From Halocafeteria seosinensis (taxonomy: Eukaryota), in NCBI GenBank assembly GCA_001687465.1, contig LVLI01000328.1:62001-95451 (forward strand): a stretch of 33,451 bases of DNA. The letters run 5' to 3'. Made by a program: the position numbers and the translations under genes. Below, piece after piece: positions 23,019 through 33,451 of this stretch; the first letter of the stretch is position 1, and each line of letters begins with the position of its first letter. The notes below the pieces were generated by a model, which saw only the letters and a list, made by a program, of their open reading frames with translations, made no database searches and had not been told where the DNA came from.

Positions 23019-26000
23019 ATGGCATCATGGAAGCCATCATGCTGGATTTGGATCCTCCTCGCAGTGCTACGAGCACGAGAACACATCGTCAATGTATCAG
23101 CAAGTATCAACATCCCACCTATGGAGCTATGTCAAGGAGTTTCATGCAGCAAGGGTCTTCACGCTGTATTGACGACAGACGGATGCAAGTGCCATGAATG
23201 CCCGGTAAGGAACATGAAACAAGTACACCCTCACTAACTGTGTGTGTAACAAAGTGTATCAAAACTCTACCCAAGAATGTATACCGTTTGTCAACACAGC
23301 CTGGTTTGTTTAAGAGCACAGACGGTACCGCAAAATGCAGAAAATGTGGGCAAGTACCAGCCCGCAGAAGGAAAGTCTTCGTGTCTAGAGTGTGAGTCAG
23401 GGAGGTATCAGGGACACCGCTGGAATGACTGTAAGCTAGAGTCCCTAAGAGCAGATGTCGCGGAGTGAGCAGATCTCCTCTTCCATTACATGCAGGCATG
23501 CGAAAAATGCTCTAGCGGGAAGACAAGCGAACCAGGAAGTCCTTCTTCCAAACGATGTGTAGATTGTCCGGAAGGTAATGGTCAATTTAGTGTTCCTTTG
23601 CTCGTTAGCGCCCCAACAATAAAGTTAGCCGAGTACCTTCACCGTATTGGGTTCCTACAGGAACTTATGCTTCGAAAGGAGTGTGCGTTGACTGCCAACC
23701 GGGCAAATACATGGCACAATCTGGCAAGACCATCTGCTTGAACTGTGAGAAAGGACGGTATCAACCTAATGCGGGACGCACTCAATGTTGGACATGTGAA
23801 GCGGGACGATATCAAAATTCTATAGGCAAAGAGAAGTGAGCTACGTGCACAGATTGTCTCGACGAACTGGTGCTGACAATGATTTTTAAATGTTGTATTC
23901 AGATGCGATGATTGCCCTCCCGGAAAATTTAGAGGTGATTCCAGACACCCGAAAGACGCTGTACGATGCACCAATGCACCTCCTGGAACCTTTGCTTACA
24001 GGGCGGCACAGCAGCCTACAAAGTGTCCACCGGGTAGATATTCACATGCGCCGGGAGCTTCTAGTGCAAACTGTGACGGACCGTGCTCGGCTGGACGGTA
24101 TTGCCCCCAGAGGGGAACGTCAGATAAGGACTCAGGGCCCCTATGCAAGGCAGGACGATACGGGGCGGAGGGCGAAAGCAGGGAGACATGCACCTCTGCT
24201 TGCCCAGCAGGCTACTACTGCGGTGCTGGAACCGCAGAATTCCAGTGGAAGGTCTGTGGAGGACCAAGACTTTACTGCCCATCTGGAAGTGTCGAAGCAC
24301 TTCCCGTCAGTAAGGGGTACTATTCCGTGCCAGAGTCCGCCGACCAGGATACTAGAAGTGGGCAAGAAGAGTGCCCAGAAGGCAGCTACTGCTCTGAGGG
24401 AATGAGATACCCGTGTCCAGCAGGAAGATACGGACGCATTGTCGGGTTGACTGAATCTTCATGCTCTGGGAGGTGCTGGGACGGATTTAGGTGCCCTGAA
24501 GGAAGCAGTTCTCCCCGGGAGGAGCCATGCTCTGATAACGACCCAACCAAATATTGCCAACATGGAATACAAAGAGTTTGTGAAAATGGACATTATACGC
24601 TACCCACTGATACGGATAATGCTACCCGTACTGGATGCGAGAGTTGCTCAACTGGATTCGTCTGCAGGGGTGGCTTGAGAATGAAACCATTGGAGTGGAC
24701 TGACCCAGTTTGTACGTTGACTAATCCTCTAGGCTACTTGGTAGAATCAGTAGATCACCCCGTAGAACTCGCGACAAATATCGGGAGACCAATTCAGGCG
24801 AAAACTCCTGTGGAATGGAGCGATTTTGTCTACTACATTAACACAATCCGGTACGGATCACCTGACACGGCAGAGGTATGCGAGACGGCATTGAACGGCC
24901 TACAATTTGCTCTGAATACTGAGGACGTCAGTGAGGCAAGCTCAGATAATGTTCCTCAAAAGAGGACTCAACTGGTCCTCGCACAGCGTTCAGTTGTTGC
25001 CAGTGCAACTTGCACGCAAATGGAAATTAACGTTACGGCTGAGCTTCGAGTCGATTCCCAAACATTTAGTTTGACGTGTGGCGTTCCCCTGACGATAGAG
25101 CGTCATAACTCCGCACCAGTCAGAAGGAATGGAACAGCTGATCCTCTAAGAATGGAAGTGCCTATCAACCTACTCCGTGGTCAGCAAATTGGTGATGCGC
25201 TGACCGAGTACTTTGATGACCCTGACGGAGATGAGCTCGTCTTCACAATTACCGCTGGGGATGAAGCGCAGGCGAAGGAAGAACAACCATTTGGGCTCGC
25301 AAGCTGTTCCGGGAAGCTGTTTGTTTCAGATGCTCGCTTACTGCGAAAAAATGGAGCTCGCTCATACTCATTTTGGGTAAGTATCAACGACAATTCTCCC
25401 CAGGAACCGAAAGCTATATCGCATAAGATACTTGTAGAGACTTTAAAGCCTAATTCCCCTCCTGTTTTGCTGAAGCGACCGACTCTCTCTGTATGGGAGA
25501 AGGCAGCGATAGGAACAACTGCGGCATTGGCAGTAGATGGAGAAGAGACCACTGAAAGGGGCATTCTAAATTCTTCATTTGTCCATGACCCTGATGGCGA
25601 CATCGTATTCGTAGAAATACGGGAATGTTATGTAGACACTGCCTGTGATACTTTCATTATTGCAGAAAATGGTGTAGTTCTTGTGGAGGACAATTTCTTT
25701 TTAGAACGTGAGCGGCAAGGTACCCTCCCTCGCTTGCTCCCCATTAGATATAGTGATAATTTTGAAGATGGGATAGACGTCAATCTGCCAGTCAAAGTAA
25801 AGAGGTTGAGAAAAGCTCCAGTTGTTTCCAAGACGGCTTTTCAGGTCTCAGAATGGCGTTATGGACGAGTGGTACAACTGAACGCCTATGATGAATTTGC
25901 TGACACATTCAGGTTTACTCTGGGCGCAGAATGGAACAACATGGGAACCGAAAAGGAGGATGTAGTACTGGCAAGTGACGGAACCATTCGTGTAACTAGT

Positions 26001-29000
26001 GCGACGCCTACAGTCACGTGTGATCAATTTTGCCGCTGTTTCAAACGTTATCAATGGATTAAACTAAACGTTTTCGCAACGTCTGTCAACAGAACCGATG
26101 ACCTCAAAGGACCGATTACTTCTGCTGAGACTGAAATCCATATTGACATTCTTGCGGTGAATCACAGACCTACATTTATTCAACCAAAAGCCCCAATTAG
26201 CTCCTTAGAAACGGACGTTTCCCCAAGCTATGTCGCCAATCTGTCGAACCTAGTCTGTGACCCAGACAACGATTTTATTGTTTTCACCGGAGTAGCCTCA
26301 ACGCCAGTCCCTAATGCTTTCCAAATCGATGCCACCACCGGAGTTTTGACCCGACGTCCCGGGTATAGCTTTAACTACGAAGAGGAAAACGTTTACAATG
26401 TGACGGTTGTTGTCCAAGACAATGGACGTCCTTCGCAAGAGACTCAGGGGGTTTTCTTAGTGTATGTCATTGACGTTCCCGAAAAAGCGTCTTTGCGTCG
26501 TCACTGCTTCGCAATTGATGAAATGAGCACTGCAATTTCGGGGCCTTTTGGGAGAATTGAAGCTCTAGACCTAGATATTCACAGTGGCAGCACGAAGCCC
26601 TTTTCATCGACGCCATCGAGGTTCTTATACGTCCAGAATAACTACTTCACGAAGTTCTTGATATCGGAAGGAGGCAACCTTTCCTTGAATGCGAACTTTA
26701 CACCCAAACACGACGAATTATTCCCTGAAACTTCTTTCGGTGTTCTTGTAACAATCGTAGATTACGAGAATGACGTCAATACCTCGGTGACGGTTGAGAT
26801 TGAAATTATGGATGTCCCTGAACCTCCATACTTTTTACCTCCAGTACAGAGGTTTACACTTGACTTGGCACAAAAGCATTCGAAGGAGCTGGGTTTAGTT
26901 AGGGCTTACGATGTCGACGTCGGAGATGAGTTGCTATTCGAGGTATGGGACGAGTTCTCCATTCTCGATATAGATCCTCGAGCTGGGCGACTGATCCATA
27001 CCGTTGATGTTACCGAAGACTTTGGTATCGACCTGCCCGGAACTTTAGAAATTACAGTGGGCGTAACCGATAGCACCGGCTTGCATACAAGCAGTACCCA
27101 CCTTCTGCAAGTCATGGAAGCTCCAAAACTCCCGGAGTGGCGTGGAGATTTCGCCAAGGATGGTGATTTAGCTTATTCGGTCGAAGAGCATCATTGTGGC
27201 ATTATCCGGGCAATTAACTACTCCTGCTTTTCAGCAAAACCTACACACGTTGAGATAGTTGACGCTGTTCCTGAGGCAATGAGAGACTTGATTTCTCTCC
27301 ATGAGAGGAGCGAAGCAGTTCAGATCGATAACCCAAAACTTCTGGATTTCGAGTCGTTGGAATACAGGAACGGAACCTTGACTTTTGCTTGTGTCGACGT
27401 CGATGGTTTGCGTAGCACAAAAACTGTACACGTTGACGTAAGAGATGTCCCTGAACCCCCTGAGTTTGTTGATCTTCCGGAACAAGTAACCATCTCTGTT
27501 CGCGAAGACGTGGAAGTGGGAACGATTATTCACTCCTTTGAAGCAGTTGATCAAGACGTGGGGGGTAGCACAAGTAAATTAGTGCCTACTCTAATTTATG
27601 CAGATGATAGGATCCAGAATACCAGTGCGCCAGCGCCTGTGTCTGCTTCGGCGACCTGCCAACGCACTTCAACTGGAGGTATTCGCTGCACTGTACAAGT
27701 CAAGCTGGTTGAGGAGCTGGATTTTTTAAAACAAGAGACGTACAGGCTGTATTTGACTGTAACGGATGAATCATTGCTGCAAGCAGCTCTTGTGTATGAG
27801 GTACAGGTCGTTTTCGTGAACACCGGCCCCGTGTTTACCAAGGAGCAGCCACGAGAAATTGCCTGTTTAGAGAACGTCACTAGTTCAAGTGTTCTGTTTT
27901 CCGATTTTCGAGTTTTCAGTCGGGACGCTGACGCAATATTGTCATTGTCGGTAGTGGCCACCTCTCCTATCAGCATCTTTCGTTTCCAGGATACGCAATT
28001 GAGGTTACAGCCGAACGCTTTCTGGATTTCGAGGAACATCCCAGTCATCACATCCGGATTCGTATAACGGACTCACATGGACTTTATGATGAGTTGAACA
28101 TGACGCTGATCGTGATGGATGTAAATGATATTCATGTCTATACTGTTAGTCCTAGAGAGTACTCTACGACCGGGAATACATCGGCTTCATTTTATGGATC
28201 CAACTTAGGACCTCAATGGAAAGCTATGAAAATAGTTGCATCGCTTTCCAATGCTGAGGGAAGTATTTTTATCTCTCAGGAATGCACAAGGCAACTAAAT
28301 CAAGACGGTAGATGGAACAATTCTGTGATACATTGCTGTGTAGGACCAGGTATTGGAAAAGACTTAACGTGGAGGATATCAGTTGGGGAACATCAGCATA
28401 CACTGGAGCAGCCTAGCTCGCAATATCACCCTCCTAGGCTAGACGAAATTGACTCATGGCCAGTGAGTCCGTCTACAGCTGGGGGTGAAACATTCACATT
28501 ATCAGGGATTTCACTCGGTCCCACAACTGTTAGAAATGCAAGTGGAATTGCCAATCCAGTTCCTGTTTACGTGAGGTACCGGTCATCGGATGATCTGGAG
28601 ACTGAGTTCCGCGCTATGCAATGTGTTGTTGAGTCCGACGTTTTGATCACGTGCAAGACGGGCGAGGGGATAGGAAGAAGATTGGAATTTCAAGTGTCGT
28701 TAGGATACCCGGGTTCTTCTGCACAACGGACACAGTGGCTGAAACCAATTCCTGAAGTGCAGTATGGATTTCCGATTATTACGAATGTTGATTTACTGCT
28801 TGATTCCGCACCATCAGACGGCGGGAGAAATGCAGTACTCCTCCGTGGGGAAAATTTCGGTGTGAAAGGTACAGCCATTAAAGCAACCCTCGAAAATGCA
28901 CAGTTCGCTTTTGATTCCGCCTGTAACGCGGCACTTCACAATCACACTACGGCATTGTGTGACTTACCTGTGGGTGTTGGTTTCGGCCTGAGATGGAGGG

Positions 29001-32000
29001 TTACCGTTGGACGTCTGAGTGGAGAGACAAAAACTACAGCCTCCAACATATCTTATGATCCCCCCACAATCAATGCCATAGTGAATAACTTAGGAAGAGA
29101 ACCGAATGGATTGGACACCCGAGGTGGGCAGCAAATTCTAGTGAGAGGAAAAAATTTTGGACCTGCAGGCTTGACTTCAAGGGTCGATATTCCTTACCTG
29201 TTCCTGTCTTATGGACCAAACCAGAGCACATTCGTGTACAACGCAAGCCGCTGTTTCATTAGAACTCCACATACGGAGTTAGGGTGCTTAACAGCAGTTG
29301 GAGTTGGTACCGGACATCACTGGCAGGCACTGATAGGTGGCCAGCGTTCGAATGTGCTACAAAGTAATGGCGGGTATCACCCCCCAGTAGTGACGACGTA
29401 CCGTAGATCGATGGATCAAAATTCAATGAGGATTGACGATCTGAAGACAACCGGAGGGGAACTCATTATGCTTACCGGCAATTATTTTGGTCCTGCCGGT
29501 ACTCTATTGACTGCGACGTATGGACGCAACGGTATTTTCTTTGAAGCATCAGGCTGCTTCGTTTCAGATCACGACACAGCCACGTGTCTAAGCTCTCCAG
29601 GTGCTGGAGCTACCCATTCATGGTCAATCGTGGTGGGACAACAGAGGTCTGTTCAATCCAGTACCTCATACGCTTCCCCAATAATTACCGGCTTCCAAGG
29701 AGTGAATGGATCTGAGCCTAGTGCTCTATGTACTCAGGGAAACAGTTGGATCGACATTGTTGGGAGCAATTTTGGACCTCCAAGCCCGGATGACCTGTTA
29801 GAAGAAGTGACTTTTGGATCAATGGCAAGAGAAACGGGCGCTACCAATTGTCATGTGATTGCCCACGAGCGAATCCGTTGCCGTGTTCCCCGAGGATTAG
29901 GAACGCACCATCGATGGATGATTGTAGTTGCCGGACAAGGAAGCGAAGCAAGCGCTAATACCACCTCTTACGCGCCCCCTGTGATAGAAGAGTACCAGTT
30001 TCCACACAAACGTGCGACCAGTGGAAGCGACTTATCTGTAACCCTGCGGGGACACGACTTCGGTATCCCTCAGGAGGAAGCAGAGATTTTTGTCCTATTT
30101 GATACCATCGGAAGATTGTCTAGACTTGCTGAAGAGCTTAAGATAGACAACGTTGTCAAAGTGGTCAATACATTTATACAGAGCAAACAGAAAGCTCCGG
30201 ATCGAAGTGAAGAATGTGAAGATACTTGTTTCGATTTAGAGCTTGCCGACTGGACACGGAGTATACACAGCATTGTGGTTTCCGGTAAAAACTCCGCCAT
30301 GTACACAGATTTTGAGGAAATCCACTTCAATCTCCCAGATGGTTTCGGCAGCGGACGGCCGATCATGGTCTCTGTTAACGGGAGACTTTCGGAACCTGTT
30401 TGGTTCTCGTATGACCCCCCTCAAATTTCGAACGTAGCACCGCGCGTTCCACAAGGAGGCATGCTGGAGGTTGTTATCGAAGGGGAGAACTTCTGTGGAG
30501 GAAAGTCCTGCTCAGGTTCGGAGTGCTGTGGAAGACTCTACGTGAACGGAGAGATTGTCGAGATTCCAAAGGAACAGTATACACATTCAAAAATCACCGC
30601 CCACTTAAGCACAAAGGATAGTTTGACAGGGGAGCTTTGGCTTGGCGTTCAGGACCACCCAATCAGCACCAAGCGATACACATTTGATAGAATCGCTCCC
30701 GCTATTGGGTCCCAGATACAGTTTGGAATCCAGGGTCCGTTTGAAACTAGAGGAGGACAAACGTTAAACATTTTCGACGTTTCTGGCGTAAGAAAGTCTG
30801 ATGAGTCCGATACAACGGTGTTTGTAGGTGGAAAAGAATGCAAGTCTCTCCGGGTGCTGTCTGTCGAAAAGCGTGACTTACAACCTTTTGCTAATTTGTC
30901 TTGCACCACTCCTCCACACGTAGGAGAGAAGCTACCGGTAACGGTACAAGTGCACGATTCCTTGTCAGCTCAAGACTTCCACATCGACTATGCAAGGCCT
31001 ACGATTTGTTTTGCGTACCTAATTGACACTGAAGGGAGTCCTGTAATTCTTTACGATCGTAAGTCGTCCCGCTGCTCATCTTTAGATCCTCGGCTAGGAA
31101 CCCGAAGGAGAGGGTTGATGACCCAAGAAGGAGTAAGTACATTGGGTGAACTAATCGTGGTAACAGGATTCAATTTGGGTTCAAGTGAGCTGGAGATGAT
31201 GAGTAGTATATCGATTGAAGACATTTTGGCCGCGGATATAGGACTTGAAACTCATGATCATGGGAATTTCAGTTTCAGAATGCCTCCGGGAGCTGGTAAG
31301 AGCTTGAAAGTCCAATTTTTTGTTGGATCATTTTCAAATATGGCTGAATTCGAATTGAGCTATGCTCCACCGAGACTATTTTCCTTGTTTCCCAACGAGC
31401 TTCCGACACTTCCAGAGCCTAGTGACACTCTTATTCTCGTCGGGGAAAACTTTGGCCCTGCCAGTGTGAGCGGATTCGTGCCCAACGTGTTGGTTTCAAT
31501 TGACCACAAAACATGCACCGTCATCTCCTCGAACCAGACGACTATCATTTGCATCCCTCCTTCTGGTCAGGGCAACAAACTACCTTTGAATGTCACTATC
31601 GAGGGGCAATCCAGTCTGCCGATTTTTATTTCTTATCGGAAAGCATGGATCGATTCTGTGGTTCCCGCAACTGGTCCTACGAGTGGTCTGAGTGAAAACG
31701 GCATCCCATATTCTATAACGATCTATGGATCGAATTTCGGCTCCTTCGGACAGGTTTATTTCGAGAGCTCTCCTTCTCCCGTCTCAAATCCAGAGTTTAA
31801 CCATTCCACTATTACGTTCCGTTTGCCTGAAGGATATGGACGGGATGTATCCGTAAATGTTGTCGTCGGTGGGTGGGGTGAAGTTAGTACACTTAACGAG
31901 GGTTCGTTTTCCTACGATCCTCCAACAGTAACGGACGTAGTCCGTCTCGCTGCGGATGGTAGCGAAGCGTTTTGTAGACCAACAAGAAGATGCATTGTCC

Positions 32001-33451
32001 GTGGAAACAACACGCATTGCTATGATGACCATCCCGATTGTTTTCCGACGACAGGGAATGTACCCGTGAAGATTAAGGGCATAAATTTCGGAAGCTCGCT
32101 TTCAGCTGTGAAGATCTTTATTGGGGAAAATGAGTGCTCCATTAAGGGGACAAAATTTAGTTTTATCTCACATACTGCTGTTCACTGTACGCTATCCAGT
32201 GGTTGGGGAAGCAACTTGGTCGTTGATGTGACGGTTGGGGGACAATCATCCGCTTCCGTTGATGAGTTCTATTTTTCGTATGATCCACCCCGGATATCGG
32301 ATGTATCTCCGAATGTCCCCGATGCTGAAGGAGCTGAGCTCCGGTTTCGTGGATCGAACTTTGGTCCCGCTGGAGGTGACGCCTGGGTGATGGTTGGGGA
32401 ACGACGTTGTATGGATCCGATTGTGCGATCTCACTCCATCATTGAATGTGCTATGGAAGCTGATGTCGTTGGCGCGAAGGAAATCAACCTAACAGTAGCT
32501 CGCCAACAAGTTGTTTTCCCCGCATGGCGTGAGAAGATTGTGACAATGTGTCAACCAGAGTGGTACGGGTTGGAATCAGAAACCTGTTTATATTGCCCAG
32601 ACCATCTACGGGGAGCAGTCTGTCCTGGAAGAGAGAGGACCGAGGATAAGACGTACGCAGATGAGGGTTGGTGGAAAATTAATGAACCGACACCATCATC
32701 AAGATGTCACGATGACCGTCAAGGGCGAGAAACATGTCCCGTACTACTACCCTGCGAACCGCCATGGGCATGTACTGGCTCTAACGAGTGTGCGGAAGGA
32801 TACTCTGGGGAACGCTGCAGCAGCTGCGTTGCCGGGACGCATTTCAGAATTAATGGAGAGTGTCAAGCTTGTCCCAACCACGCCTGGCTATTAGGTGTAG
32901 TTCTTTCAGTGGCTGCGATTGGGGCTATCATTGGGGGATACATTATCAACTCTAAAAACATTCAGCTTGCCGCCTTCACTGTAGGGGTGGACTATTTTCA
33001 GGTGATTGCTATGTTCGCTAGGACAAGGGTCCAGTGGCCGTCAGTGATGGAACAGACCCTACAGATGCTGTCTGTGTTCAACTTTAATTTAGAGCTTGCA
33101 GCTCCAGAATGTTATTTGGAACCTGCTCCTCCTTACGAATCAAAGTGGATAGCGACCATGTCCGTTCCCTTGATTGCTGTCGGCATACTCTTTGTCCTTT
33201 ACGCTGTCCATTACGGGTACAAGCTGTTGGTATTACGTGCTCCTTCGTCTCGACGACATACGCATGTAAATTCTCTGATTGCAACATTTATCGTCATAAT
33301 GTATATTTTATACATGTTCTTGACCCGCATGACTTTGGACGTTTTCAACTGCGCACCGACAGACCCCCCAGATGGAAAGTTGTACATGTCGGGTATGACA
33401 GATATCGTTTGTGGGGAGAGCAGTGTCCATGTGCATTTGCTACTTCCTTTG
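23019..33451 (+). pseudogene. Giant cell-surface receptor gene (signal peptide, GCC2/GCC3-like Cys repeats, cadherin repeats, IPT/TIG repeats, Cys-rich region, multipass TM domain), 3'-truncated by the window edge; three frameshifts (pseudogene, defective allele or assembly errors)
   Basis: Exons 23019-23204, 23300-23430, 23496-23574, 23661-23835, 23903->33451, with canonical introns. Motifs: CxxGxY...CxxC repeats; cadherin DPDGD, LDFE, DVPEPP, DVND; IPT GxNFG...PxGxG..W.V.VG..SYxPP; TM region VDYFQVIAMF...WP...LSVFNFN...PEC. Frame breaks at ~23348, 23411-23413 and 28019-28021. Confidence 0.75.
28022..33451 (+). CDS. Open frame of about 1810 codons (last cadherin half, IPT/TIG array, TM region) missing from the ORF track because it has no stop inside the window
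   Basis: Begins LDFEEHPSHHIRIRITDSHG...DVND. The same frame is spot-checked at 30041 (TLRGHDFG) and 32981 (VGVDYFQVIAMF). No terminated ORF is listed in this frame. Confidence 0.88.
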   Translation, partial: MDFEEHPSHHIRIRITDSHGLYDELNMTLIVMDVNDIHVYTVSPREYSTTGNTSASFYGSNLGPQWKAMKIVASLSNAEGSIFISQECTRQLNQDGRWNNSVIHCCVGPGIGKDLTWRISVGEHQHTLEQPSSQYHPPRLDEIDSWPVSPSTAGGETFTLSGISLGPTTVRNASGIANPVPVYVRYRSSDDLETEFRAMQCVVESDVLITCKTGEGIGRRLEFQVSLGYPGSSAQRTQWLKPIPEVQYGFPIITNVDLLLDSAPSDGGRNAVLLRGENFGVKGTAIKATLENAQFAFDSACNAALHNHTTALCDLPVGVGFGLRWRVTVGRLSGETKTTASNISYDPPTINAIVNNLGREPNGLDTRGGQQILVRGKNFGPAGLTSRVDIPYLFLSYGPNQSTFVYNASRCFIRTPHTELGCLTAVGVGTGHHWQALIGGQRSNVLQSNGGYHPPVVTTYRRSMDQNSMRIDDLKTTGGELIMLTGNYFGPAGTLLTATYGRNGIFFEASGCFVSDHDTATCLSSPGAGATHSWSIVVGQQRSVQSSTSYASPIITGFQGVNGSEPSALCTQGNSWIDIVGSNFGPPSPDDLLEEVTFGSMARETGATNCHVIAHERIRCRVPRGLGTHHRWMIVVAGQGSEASANTTSYAPPVIEEYQFPHKRATSGSDLSVTLRGHDFGIPQEEAEIFVLFDTIGRLSRLAEELKIDNVVKVVNTFIQSKQKAPDRSEECEDTCFDLELADWTRSIHSIVVSGKNSAMYTDFEEIHFNLPDGFGSGRPIMVSVNGRLSEPVWFSYDPPQISNVAPRVPQGGMLEVVIEGENFCGGKSCSGSECCGRLYVNGEIVEIPKEQYTHSKITAHLSTKDSLTGELWLGVQDHPISTKRYTFDRIAPAIGSQIQFGIQGPFETRGGQTLNIFDVSGVRKSDESDTTVFVGGKECKSLRVLSVEKRDLQPFANLSCTTPPHVGEKLPVTVQVHDSLSAQDFHIDYARPTICFAYLIDTEGSPVILYDRKSSRCSSLDPRLGTRRRGLMTQEGVSTLGELIVVTGFNLGSSELEMMSSISIEDILAADIGLETHDHGNFSFRMPPGAGKSLKVQFFVGSFSNMAEFELSYAPPRLFSLFPNELPTLPEPSDTLILVGENFGPASVSGFVPNVLVSIDHKTCTVISSNQTTIICIPPSGQGNKLPLNVTIEGQSSLPIFISYRKAWIDSVVPATGPTSGLSENGIPYSITIYGSNFGSFGQVYFESSPSPVSNPEFNHSTITFRLPEGYGRDVSVNVVVGGWGEVSTLNEGSFSYDPPTVTDVVRLAADGSEAFCRPTRRCIVRGNNTHCYDDHPDCFPTTGNVPVKIKGINFGSSLSAVKIFIGENECSIKGTKFSFISHTAVHCTLSSGWGSNLVVDVTVGGQSSASVDEFYFSYDPPRISDVSPNVPDAEGAELRFRGSNFGPAGGDAWVMVGERRCMDPIVRSHSIIECAMEADVVGAKEINLTVARQQVVFPAWREKIVTMCQPEWYGLESETCLYCPDHLRGAVCPGRERTEDKTYADEGWWKINEPTPSSRCHDDRQGRETCPVLLPCEPPWACTGSNECAEGYSGERCSSCVAGTHFRINGECQACPNHAWLLGVVLSVAAIGAIIGGYIINSKNIQLAAFTVGVDYFQVIAMFARTRVQWPSVMEQTLQMLSVFNFNLELAAPECYLEPAPPYESKWIATMSVPLIAVGILFVLYAVHYGYKLLVLRAPSSRRHTHVNSLIATFIVIMYILYMFLTRMTLDVFNCAPTDPPDGKLYMSGMTDIVCGESSVHVHLLLPL

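Noticed and set aside
23466..23468. In-frame TGA suggesting stop-codon recoding
   Set aside because: It lies inside the canonical intron 23431-23495, and all other genes read in the standard code.
23890..24405. 171-aa ORF overlapping the receptor's Cys-rich exon
   Set aside because: Wrong frame; the frame starting at 23904 encodes the Cys repeats and is continuous with ORF 24327.
27932..27989. Possible small intron ending at TTTCCAG (27989) to explain the frameshift
   Set aside because: No GT donor of the right phase is nearby, and the segment encodes a good cadherin strand pattern in the upstream frame.

Overview
This is gene-dense eukaryotic nuclear DNA in the standard code, with short (mostly 60-90 nt) GT-AG introns. 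Beta-tubulin signatures ([23 protein letters not shown]) point to a stramenopile protist (inference). Genes in order: two tandem paralogues of an unknown protein with a KA1-like domain plus a helical domain, GPATCH3, URM1, an RMND1/DUF155 protein, a DMT-like multipass membrane protein, GNL3/Nug1 GTPase, a 50-aa plant-type TOM5-like protein, VPS72/YL1, beta-tubulin, a PDK1-like kinase, and SmE. Last is the 5' ~10.4 kb of a giant surface-receptor gene (signal peptide, Cys-rich GCC2/GCC3-like repeats, ~9-10 cadherin repeats, ~14 IPT/TIG repeats, multipass TM region) that runs off the window. Main points of interest: the giant receptor has three frameshifts while the reconstructed housekeeping genes have none; the kinase is fused to a catalytically dead-looking CPPED1-like phosphatase domain; the TOM5-like ATG is split by an intron; and the tandem paralogues are near-identical only in their last 470 nt. 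No rRNA, tRNA, CRISPR or transposase was seen. All family calls are by motif recognition from memory, not database search.
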